Source: a virus
Length of the DNA: 6,945 nucleotides
Virus record (IMG/VR): IMGVR_UViG_3300030361_000047
Span: 1-6,945 of that record
Strand: one strand, 5' to 3'
Position numbers and translations under genes: made by a program. How positions within the stretch are numbered: the stretch's first letter is position 1; every line of letters begins with the position of its first letter. The notes beneath the pieces were generated by a model that did not search any database, was not told where the DNA came from, and saw nothing but the letters and a program-made list of their open reading frames with translations. Positions 1 to 5,688 of the stretch are shown in pieces.

Positions 1-127
1 TGTTCCCGTTTTAGTAGACGCATATAAATCGAAAACTTTTTTCGGTACATAATTAAAATATTTGACTGTACCTTGACTTGATTGGCTTGTTCCTCTGCTA
101 TCTGCACCATGTTCCACCGTTTTATAG
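1..127. repeat. Terminal redundancy copy A (identical to 6819-6945); circular-assembly overlap or junction of tandem copies
   Basis: Base-by-base comparison shows 1-127 equals 6819-6945 with no mismatch. The repeat is bounded only by the window ends. Confidence 0.95.
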
Positions 128-639
128 AATCGCCATAAATTTAGGTTGTAATGTCGTATGGCTACTTTTGCCATATCACGCATTTCAGACCTGACTTTTG
201 TTATTGACGTAGTTGTAAAAACAAAATCCCATGAATAATGTCGCTGCATATCCCAAGCAACATGTATATCATCAGGGATTTCACCTTGCCTTTTATCACT
301 ACCTGAATAATTAGAAAGTTCCTGTAAATCTTTTTCTCGCCAAGCTGGCTTAAAAATTCTTTGAACTTCGTCTATTACAAAAAACGCACCATCTGGTGCC
401 CAATGAAAAAAGCGAGCTAACTTATCTCTGCCTTGCTGAATTTCGGTATCAACAAAAATAACTTTAAAATCTTTATGTACATGTTTCTTGCCTAATACCT
501 TAATAGCATTATCACGAGAGAAACCACGCACATTTGTAACTAGCGTTCTGCCGGTTTTAATCAGCGGTATAATATCGTCCTTGATTGCGCCAGATGTTTT
601 ATATGTTCCGTCTGGACCATGATGTATCTTAATTCCCAT
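1..639 (-). CDS. zot: Zot / pI-family phage assembly NTPase, N-terminal 213 codons (cytoplasmic P-loop domain); continues at 6818 on the closed circle
   Basis: ATG at 639-637 lies 4 nt after the pVI-like stop. Hand translation gives MGIKIHHGPDGTYKTSGAIKDDIIPLIKTGRTLVTNVRGF...FFVIDEVQRIF... The N-terminus closely resembles CTXphi Zot as remembered (MSIFIHHGAPGSYKTSGAL...), including the deviant Walker A GxxGxYKT and the Walker B hhhhDE (FFVIDE). The frame is open to base 1, and 639 nt is exactly 213 codons. Confidence 0.9.
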   Translation of the reverse strand, partial: MGIKIHHGPDGTYKTSGAIKDDIIPLIKTGRTLVTNVRGFSRDNAIKVLGKKHVHKDFKVIFVDTEIQQGRDKLARFFHWAPDGAFFVIDEVQRIFKPAWREKDLQELSNYSGSDKRQGEIPDDIHVAWDMQRHYSWDFVFTTTSITKVRSEMRDMAKVAIRHYNLNLWRFYKTVEHGADSRGTSQSSQGTVKYFNYVPKKVFDLYASTKTGT

Positions 640-643
640 ATGA

Positions 644-961
644 TCACATTCCTAACATTCGCATAACAAAGCGAGTCGCTGCCGCATTCAATATTAAGTT
701 GATACCCTCAACGACATTAAAAAAATAAAGATTTTGCTGAACTTGTGCAGGAAGAATCGAAAGCGCTGATTGAATCTCAGCTGTTATGTCTAACTGTTGA
801 ATAATAGAGCTGGCTATATCCCAAGCAAAAACAAGTGATGAAAGTTCAAGCTGTAGCTTAAAGACTGTTAGCTTAATTAAAACCCAAGCGACTAAATCAA
901 CAAAAAACTGATATATACCTGAGTCTAAAAAAGCGAGTACGTCATTAAAAAATTCAATCAT
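644..961 (-). CDS. Minor coat / assembly membrane protein, pVI / Ace-like (105 aa)
   Basis: The ORF sits between the pIII-like and zot genes, which is the canonical pVI slot. It is hydrophobic. Its C-terminal ILPAQ...LYFF...LNAAATRFVMRMLGM resembles the end of CTXphi Ace as remembered (...MLPPQ...LFFL...LQALMTRFALRAL..). An AGAGGG Shine-Dalgarno lies 7 nt upstream, and the start overlaps the pIII stop (ATGATTGA). Confidence 0.75.
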   Translation of the reverse strand: MIEFFNDVLAFLDSGIYQFFVDLVAWVLIKLTVFKLQLELSSLVFAWDIASSIIQQLDITAEIQSALSILPAQVQQNLYFFNVVEGINLILNAAATRFVMRMLGM

Positions 962-2321
962 TAGTACGCCCTCTTAACACTATAAAACCAGCTAAAACGG
1001 TAAAGATAAAAAGAACAGCATTAGCTAGAATTTTCATTTCGTCCTCAAATTCTGTTGTACAAGCTTGTTTCTTACTTCCATTGATTGTTGCTATGTCATA
1101 ACAAGCTGAAAAACTACCAGCGCTATTCGAAAGATTACCAATCAAAGTTTTAGCATCGGTCTTAATTTCTTCGTACTTTTGTTGTAATTGCTGTTCTGCA
1201 TCTTCGACTTCTGCATTGGCGGAATCCATATCGAATGAACCCTTATCGACTCGCGTTAACGGTTTAGTCATTTCATCTTTGATTTGGTCGAGTCGCTGCT
1301 CAACACCAGACAAATCAATTTCAACAGTTACATCACCAGAAGAACCTGAGCCAGTAGAGGTATCATTGTCATATACAGGGTCATCCTGTCCATCACCATC
1401 TGAATCAAGATCATCTTCGTTTTTAATGCCATCACCATCAATATCAGGGTCGTTGTAATCTGGTAATCCATCAGAATCAGTGTCGGTGTCGTAACATAGA
1501 AATTGGTCATTAACATAACCACATTGGGCATTAGATGGATTACATGTAGATATTGAACCACCGTCTAATGTTGAATTAGTTGAATTACATAATTGTTGTG
1601 GGTCTGCTGTGCATATAAGTAGCCCGCCATTATCAACACAGCCTTGTTGTGGCGTAGAACCTAAAGGTGAATTATTAGTTACATCGGGCTTGGGTTCTGA
1701 ATAACAATCACCCTCTAAATCCATTTCGTAGACTTGAGTACCATTTATATCAACTGCATTGTATTCACAAATAGAACCATCTGATTGAGTTGAGCAAACA
1801 TTAGATTCTGTTACTTGAACATTAAGTAAGGTATTACCTGATGATACGTTACAAGAATCTACAAGTTGTATCTGCGATGAATCTGCGCACTTCTCTATTT
1901 CGCCAGTGTAACTATCAAATACGGAATAATCATATTGGGGTGTATTATCAGGGGGGCATTTTTTGTATTGTTGAGGTGCATAGGTCAATGAAGCACCGCG
2001 GGTATAATGATTTTGATTGTTATCACCCCACCATGCCTCACATGTCCAGCTATAACCACCACCACCGGTGACCAAATCCTCTGTATGGACAACGTCTGTT
2101 GCTGTTCGATTTGAGCCGTCATATGTTTTACATATTGAATCAAAATCAGTATTCAAAACCTGACCAATCATTTCTGGAAAGGTTGAAGAAGTGACGTAAT
2201 TTGTTGTCGCGATATCAGGCGGCACAGTCTCAACTGTTCCATCCTGAAAGATATTCGCTTTAGTATTCAGTGATAAAAAAGGCGCTGAAATTAGCGCCAT
2301 TATTATAATTAATCTAGTCAT
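954..2321 (-). CDS. pIII-like adsorption / minor coat protein (455 aa from ATG 2321)
   Basis: It is the largest structural ORF and lies in the pIII slot. From ATG 2321 the N-terminus is a classic signal peptide, MTRLIIIMALISAPFLSLNTKA|NIF. The mature part has 16 Cys, three DxDxDGxxDxxD repeats, a Ser/Gly linker, a coiled-coil-like segment and a C-terminal TM anchor plus basic tail (ILANAVLFIFTVLAGFIVLRGR). The ORF-track extension to 2375 uses TTG and adds a non-signal-like leader. Confidence 0.8.
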   Translation of the reverse strand: MTRLIIIMALISAPFLSLNTKANIFQDGTVETVPPDIATTNYVTSSTFPEMIGQVLNTDFDSICKTYDGSNRTATDVVHTEDLVTGGGGYSWTCEAWWGDNNQNHYTRGASLTYAPQQYKKCPPDNTPQYDYSVFDSYTGEIEKCADSSQIQLVDSCNVSSGNTLLNVQVTESNVCSTQSDGSICEYNAVDINGTQVYEMDLEGDCYSEPKPDVTNNSPLGSTPQQGCVDNGGLLICTADPQQLCNSTNSTLDGGSISTCNPSNAQCGYVNDQFLCYDTDTDSDGLPDYNDPDIDGDGIKNEDDLDSDGDGQDDPVYDNDTSTGSGSSGDVTVEIDLSGVEQRLDQIKDEMTKPLTRVDKGSFDMDSANAEVEDAEQQLQQKYEEIKTDAKTLIGNLSNSAGSFSACYDIATINGSKKQACTTEFEDEMKILANAVLFIFTVLAGFIVLRGRTND

Positions 2322-2401
2322 TATCGAACCGTATAGAAACCAGTAACAATACCGATAATGAACGACACGCCACAAGCAGTGCCGTACATTAACGACAGCA
2401 T
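2321..2401 (-). CDS. 26-codon hydrophobic micro-ORF (MLSLMYGTACGVSFIIGIVTGFYTVR), candidate pVII/pIX-type minor virion protein
   Basis: Hand translation of the gap between pVIII and pIII. ATG at 2401 is 2 nt after the pVIII stop. Its stop overlaps the pIII start in a TAATG coupling motif (2323-2319). The product is a single TM-length hydrophobic segment. It falls below the ORF-track size cutoff. Confidence 0.5.
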   Translation of the reverse strand: MLSLMYGTACGVSFIIGIVTGFYTVR

Positions 2402-2403
2402 AA

Positions 2404-2616
2404 TTAAATCTTTTTAACGATGCCGATGATTAAACCAATAACAACAAGTGATGCCACTGTGCCAATAACATATTGACCAGTAGTTAACGCGTCAGACTCT
2501 GCTGCGGTAATTGCAGTTTGAACTGCTGTTGTATCTACAGCGTAAGCTACTGAACCAGCAACTGAAGCGCCAACTGTTGCAGCTGCTGCTGCTAATTTCT
2601 TTTTAAGTTTTAACAT
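2404..2616 (-). CDS. Major coat protein pVIII (70-aa precursor, about 44-aa mature)
   Basis: The signal peptide is MLKLKKKLAAAAATVGASVAGSVAYA|VD. The mature peptide has an acidic N-terminus (D, E, D), a hydrophobic core (YVIGTVASLVVIGLIIGIV) and a basic C-terminus (KKI). A strong AGGAAA Shine-Dalgarno lies 8 nt upstream. Confidence 0.9.
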   Translation of the reverse strand: MLKLKKKLAAAAATVGASVAGSVAYAVDTTAVQTAITAAESDALTTGQYVIGTVASLVVIGLIIGIVKKI

Positions 2617-2632
2617 TTTGCTATTTTCCTTT

Positions 2633-3055
2633 TTAACGGCGAATTTTATTTAACATTGCTAGAATCGCGCCGATTCCGAGCCCAGCAACAAACAACTTAA
2701 TTACACCCTCGATTCCTAAATCGTACATTTCAGAATCAAAGGAATTAGACTCCAAAGCAAATTCAGACTCAGCTTTTAACTTTGCGTACTCCTGAGCAGT
2801 CATAAGAATAACGCCAGTGCAACTATCTACTGTGCCAGCATCATCAGTTAAGCCTTGAAAGTTTGCTTGGTATGTTGTGTGGTAGTAAGAACCTCTATCT
2901 TGCCAACAGCTTGCTGCATCAGAGGTACTAGGGAATAACAAGTATAAAATAGCGAAAACAAGTACAATAGAAAGACGCTTGTATACGGTATTAAGTCGCT
3001 TATAGCGATTTAAGCGAGAGTAATCGTCTAACGTCATTAAATACCTGTTAGCCAT
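2633..3055 (-). CDS. Membrane protein with coat-protein topology (140 aa from ATG 3055; function unknown, possibly a minor virion or assembly protein)
   Basis: N-terminal basic region, then a hydrophobic segment ending in an SDA|AS-like cleavage site. This is followed by a ~70-aa region with 2 Cys, a C-terminal TM (VIKLFVAGLGIGAILAML) and a basic tail NKIRR. It lies between the ssb-sized ORF and pVIII. The start is uncertain: GTG 3061, ATG 3055 or ATG 3037. Confidence 0.6.
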   Translation of the reverse strand: MANRYLMTLDDYSRLNRYKRLNTVYKRLSIVLVFAILYLLFPSTSDAASCWQDRGSYYHTTYQANFQGLTDDAGTVDSCTGVILMTAQEYAKLKAESEFALESNSFDSEMYDLGIEGVIKLFVAGLGIGAILAMLNKIRR

Positions 3056-3060
3056 AATCA

Positions 3061-3351
3061 CTACTTACTAAAACCATTAATAGTCATGGTCAAAACGTTC
3101 TTTTTAACCGACGTATTAACATCGCACAAAACCACACCCGGAACTTTGCCAGAGGATGCAATTTCGCGTGCTAATTGATTGTTGTTTTCAGTATTAATCT
3201 GAACTTTAGCGACCTGTTGACCGCAGTCTATACGGTCATTCTCAATATGATTAGCAATGTTTTCATCAAGAACCAAAGCACTTGCGTATAACATGCCACC
3301 ATCATCGAGCTTACCAGCGCTTATGCGAGTAATGTTCAAAGGTGTTTTCAT
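3061..3351 (-). CDS. 96-aa soluble protein, putative ssDNA-binding protein (pV analogue) by size and position only
   Basis: It is the first ORF after the strong promoter. An AGGA Shine-Dalgarno lies 7 nt upstream of ATG 3351. It has no TM segment, and its stop overlaps the next ORF. I recognise no sequence motif, so the functional call is positional. Confidence 0.45.
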   Translation of the reverse strand: MKTPLNITRISAGKLDDGGMLYASALVLDENIANHIENDRIDCGQQVAKVQINTENNNQLAREIASSGKVPGVVLCDVNTSVKKNVLTMTINGFSK

Positions 3352-3370
3352 TTTGTTTTTCCTGTGTCAG

Positions 3371-3460
3371 TGTTTCAATGTTTCGTTTGAAGTATACGTT
3401 TCATTGTTTCAAAATGTCAATGTTTGAAATTTTAATAAGGGTTTATAATTGACTGAAACA
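3371..3460. promoter_or_regulatory. Operator-like array of (T/C)GTTT(C/G)A repeats in the divergent control region; includes a plus-strand TATAAT at 3444-3449
   Basis: Copies are TGTTTCAA 3371-3378 and 3405-3412 (exact), TGTTTCGT 3379-3386, GTTTGAA 3385-3391, CGTTTCAT 3397-3404, TGTTTGAA 3421-3428, and an inverted TGAAACA at 3454-3460. CAATGTTT recurs at 3376 and 3418, 42 bp apart. The repeats overlap the -35 and -10 of the minus-strand promoter. The plus-strand -10 is perfect but I see no good -35 at 16-18 bp. Confidence 0.55.
3391..3420 (-). promoter_or_regulatory. Sigma70-type promoter for the structural operon
   Basis: On the minus strand, -35 is TTGACA (3420-3415, perfect), followed by an 18-nt spacer and -10 TATACT (3396-3391). 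It sits about 40 nt upstream of the ATG at 3351. Confidence 0.65.
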
Positions 3461-3487
3461 CAAAATGACGATGTACAGCAGGACATT

Positions 3488-3676
3488 ATGAGTAAAACTA
3501 AAACTGTCAGAATGGCGCACGATGATGCATTTATTGTTGAACAAGCAGTAAGAGAACTGGCAGCTGAACTGCAAATGGAAATTAAAGTAAGTGAGTTATT
3601 AAAGGAGTTGACACACTATGTGCCAGAGGCAAAGGAAAAACTTAAAGCTAAAATTGAATCAACTAGCAGCAAGTAA
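3488..3676 (+). CDS. Small plus-strand regulator (62 aa from ATG 3488), putative ribbon-helix-helix-type repressor
   Basis: This is the only plus-strand gene and it is divergent from the structural operon. AGGA lies 4 nt upstream of ATG 3488. The pattern KTVRMA (strand), DDAFIVEQAVRELAAEL (helix), SELLKELTHYV (helix) and a Lys-rich tail fits an RHH. The TTG start at 3449 would lie inside the TATAAT -10, so it is unlikely. A hairpin terminator follows. Confidence 0.55.
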   Translation: MSKTKTVRMAHDDAFIVEQAVRELAAELQMEIKVSELLKELTHYVPEAKEKLKAKIESTSSK

Positions 3677-3724
3677 GAACATAAGTTACAGACGGTTAAA
3701 AAAACGTCTACAACAATAATTTAA

Positions 3725-3749
3725 GGGGCTAAGTAGCCCCTATTTTTTT
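3725..3749 (+). terminator. Rho-independent terminator for the plus-strand regulator, overlapping the rep stop codon (possibly bidirectional)
   Basis: GGGGCT (3725-3730), loop AAGT, AGCCCC (3735-3740), then TA and T7 (3743-3749). On the minus strand the same stem is preceded by A7 and followed by a weaker T-rich tract. Confidence 0.7.
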
Positions 3750-5291
3750 ATTAAGATCACATGCAAATTCAACCAATTCAGAATTGTTAAATTCAAATTC
3801 TTTTAAATATTTTTGTCTTTCGTAATTGGCAAGTGCTCTATCAAAAGGATTTAAAGAATTAACTTTCATCAAATCAATATCTGATTTTATAGGTTCATGA
3901 TATTTAACTGTACTAACGCTAGATACCAATGAACCGTCTTGGTCTGCTCCAGTTCTTGAGGTCATTACTTCTAAATATTCCTCTTTTGTTAAAATTGAAT
4001 CAGAAGAGAAATAATTAGCTAACGCTTCAAGTCCACCTCTGGAGACTAAATCAAGAACTAAAGCACGTGCATTTCTTTTTAGAATAATATCCCATTCTTC
4101 AATGGATAAATGACAAAGCAAGTCAGCAGTTGCAACTTCTTCATTGACAATTTCTTCATCGGTTTTTTGATGCCCGAGACCAAATAAATCACGTAAACCG
4201 CGAGACCATTTAAGCAAGGTTTTACCTTTCAGCGCCCTAGCGTATTCTAAAAATAATGCTTTGTATTTCTTATCACCAGTAGCGCTATATTGTTCTAGTA
4301 TTTGCCAAGGTGTTAAACTGCCGCCCTGAGTTTTCAAGTGTCCTTTTGTCATTTCATCAGCCATATCCCAAGTAATCTTATCCCCAGAAATTGTGGATAA
4401 AATTTCTTCATCAGAGCCATATTTTGTAATGTACTCTCCTGCTTTTTCACCGTTACGAATATCTAGCCCGTAATGATTAGGACGGCTTAAACCTGACTTT
4501 GTTGAGCAAGACAACCAACGGTTAAAAATCCATTGGTAATCATCACTATCTTTTTCAGTAGGTAGTGGTGTTTTAGAAAAAACTAAAATGTGAAAATGTG
4601 GATGCCAACCGTTCTTACCATGCTTGATTTCAAAAGAACGAATATTGCCAGCAATACCATATTTCTCCTTAAAACGCTTTGCAGGTGAACCACGCCAAAA
4701 GCGTTGAAGTGCATCAGACTGTTTAGGCACTAAATCATAAATAGAATCGCTCGCTTGATGCGAACTGGTGAAAGTAACTAAGTTGACATAATAGCCTTTA
4801 GCTAACCACTGATTGAAAGCAACACGCATTTCATTAGCTTTACGCTCTGAAATTTTAGCCGCACAAATTGGACATGTTTTAGCATCGGCGCACTGGGCCA
4901 AACCGCGATAAAAGAATTTATTATTATCTGATTTAACAATTTCAGGCGTATTAGCAATACGAAAGCGATTACAAGTACAGGTTCTATGATGGACTTCATA
5001 ACCTTTTACGTTAATACGTGGCGTATCATCGAAGTTATAAAGAATATTTCTTGATATATCTTGAAGCTTAAAGCGTTGAGCTCTCGCTTGAGAAATAGCA
5101 TCTTGCTCTGAGACCTTACCAAGACTGACAAATTCACCAGTTTCATAGTCGATGAATTGAAAGGGGGTTCGTAACTCCGTAGCATTACCAAGAGCGCTTA
5201 CGCGCTTGTCGCTGCGCGCACGTTTGTGCTCGCTTCGCGCTTTCGTAGCGCCTTCACCTTGATTTAGTTGCTGAGTATTATTATTATTCAT
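3729..5291 (-). CDS. Rolling-circle replication initiator (HUH endonuclease, pC194/phiX-like motif set), 520 aa
   Basis: Motif 1-like is YVNLVTFTSSH (res 168-178). The HUH motif is GWHPHFHILVF (HFH at nt 4590-4598). The active-site Tyr motif is GEYITKYGSDEE (res 285-296), which resembles the ExxKY of pC194-family Reps. A CxC...C..CxxC putative zinc ribbon lies at res 105-143. It sits immediately downstream of the large intergenic region, as gII does in Ff. Confidence 0.85.
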   Translation of the reverse strand: MNNNNTQQLNQGEGATKARSEHKRARSDKRVSALGNATELRTPFQFIDYETGEFVSLGKVSEQDAISQARAQRFKLQDISRNILYNFDDTPRINVKGYEVHHRTCTCNRFRIANTPEIVKSDNNKFFYRGLAQCADAKTCPICAAKISERKANEMRVAFNQWLAKGYYVNLVTFTSSHQASDSIYDLVPKQSDALQRFWRGSPAKRFKEKYGIAGNIRSFEIKHGKNGWHPHFHILVFSKTPLPTEKDSDDYQWIFNRWLSCSTKSGLSRPNHYGLDIRNGEKAGEYITKYGSDEEILSTISGDKITWDMADEMTKGHLKTQGGSLTPWQILEQYSATGDKKYKALFLEYARALKGKTLLKWSRGLRDLFGLGHQKTDEEIVNEEVATADLLCHLSIEEWDIILKRNARALVLDLVSRGGLEALANYFSSDSILTKEEYLEVMTSRTGADQDGSLVSSVSTVKYHEPIKSDIDLMKVNSLNPFDRALANYERQKYLKEFEFNNSELVEFACDLNKKIGAT

Positions 5292-5321
5292 CTTGTCTGC
5301 TATTTTGGTCTTGGTCGATTA

Positions 5322-5382
5322 ACTTAGAAAGACTTAGAAAAAGCTCATTACTTGGCGGTGATGAGCTTTTTTGCTTTCTAAG
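5322..5382. other. Perfect 11-bp-stem hairpin (5338-5348 / 5361-5371, 12-nt loop) flanked by ACTTAGAAA x2 (5322-5330, 5332-5340) and an inverted TTTCTAAG (5375-5382); candidate terminator and/or replication-origin core
   Basis: AAAAAGCTCAT / ATGAGCTTTTT are exact reverse complements. A-run and T-run flanks give terminator geometry on both strands. The direct repeats have 10-bp phasing. It lies 30-90 nt upstream of the rep ATG. Confidence 0.6.
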
Positions 5383-5423
5383 CTTTTTACTTTATTTCAT
5401 TTACTAAACTTTTGCTACCGTGT

Positions 5424-5457
5424 GGAATCTCTTCGTTGATGGTCACGAACAAATTCC
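5424..5457. other. Imperfect hairpin in the intergenic region (GGAAT-ctc-TTCGT loop8 ACGAA-caa-ATTCC)
   Basis: Two 5-bp stems are separated by a symmetric 3-nt internal loop. It may belong to the ori or packaging-signal structures typical of inovirus intergenic regions. Confidence 0.35.
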
Positions 5458-5507
5458 GATAAAAAGTTTTCAACTCTAACGAGTCTGCAACTTTTCTATC
5501 GGGTTTA

Positions 5508-5678
5508 CTAATTAATTAAACTCATTTCTTTCATAATGAAAACAGTTAAAAAAACCCAACAAGTAAAAACTAAAGTTACGTGTAATGCTTTTGTATAAAA
5601 ATATTTATCTGTTAGTTTTGGTTTAGGTAGGAAACCTAGATAAACAGATAAAAAAAAGTAAGCAAAAATCAAGAGCAT
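5508..5678 (-). CDS. Possible 56-aa two-TM membrane protein (MLLIFAYFFLSVYLGFLPKPKLTDKYFYTKALHVTLVFTCWVFLTVFIMKEMSLIN)
   Basis: Hand translation gives an ATG at 5678, 10 nt after the upstream stop, on the same strand as the operon, with two hydrophobic helices. The frame is open for 57 codons despite AT-rich DNA. Against it, there is no clear Shine-Dalgarno, and it overlaps an imperfect long hairpin (5604-5652) that could instead be structural DNA. Confidence 0.35.
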   Translation of the reverse strand: MLLIFAYFFLSVYLGFLPKPKLTDKYFYTKALHVTLVFTCWVFLTVFIMKEMSLIN

Positions 5679-5688
5679 ATTGTAACCA

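Noticed and set aside
1951-1964. G6 followed by T6 homopolymers in the pIII receptor-binding region as a possible slipped-strand phase-variation site
   Set aside because: The runs are short (6 nt) and encode an ordinary KKCPP segment. There is no evidence of variation from a single sequence.
1216-2071. Track ORFs 1216-1458(+), 1328-1561(-) and 1841-2071(+) nested in the pIII-like gene
   Set aside because: They lie entirely inside a well-supported 455-aa ORF, in other frames or on the other strand. Their products are low-complexity or odd in composition (Ser/Pro-rich or Met/Leu/Thr-rich) and mirror the acidic repeat region. None has a ribosome-binding site.
2322-2375. TTG-initiated 18-residue N-terminal extension of the pIII ORF (MWRVVHYRYCYWFLYGSI)
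   Set aside because: It is not signal-peptide-like. The stretch is better explained, in another frame, by the 26-codon micro-ORF that ends in a TAATG overlap with ATG 2321, from which a canonical signal peptide begins.
2641-2680. dif-like XerD arm (minus strand CAATGTTAAAT, 9/11) near GGCGCGATT
   Set aside because: The putative XerC-like and XerD-like arms are too close (about 4-nt spacer instead of 6-8). With correct spacing the XerC arm matches only 5/11. The site lies in the TM/basic-tail coding region of the 140-aa ORF.
3449-3487. TTG start at 3449 for the plus-strand regulator (75-aa version)
   Set aside because: The TTG lies within or next to the only good -10 (TATAAT 3444-3449), so it would probably not be in the mRNA. 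ATG 3488 has an AGGA upstream.
5050-5056. CTTGATA, the pC194-family nick-site core, inside rep
   Set aside because: It is on the plus strand, antisense to the genes and therefore probably not the packaged strand. It has no flanking hairpin, and a 7-mer is expected by chance in about 7 kb of AT-rich DNA.
4802-5191. Track ORFs 4802-4999(-) and 5006-5191(-) inside rep
   Set aside because: They are out of frame with a Rep ORF that carries clear HUH and Tyr motifs, and no independent signals support them.
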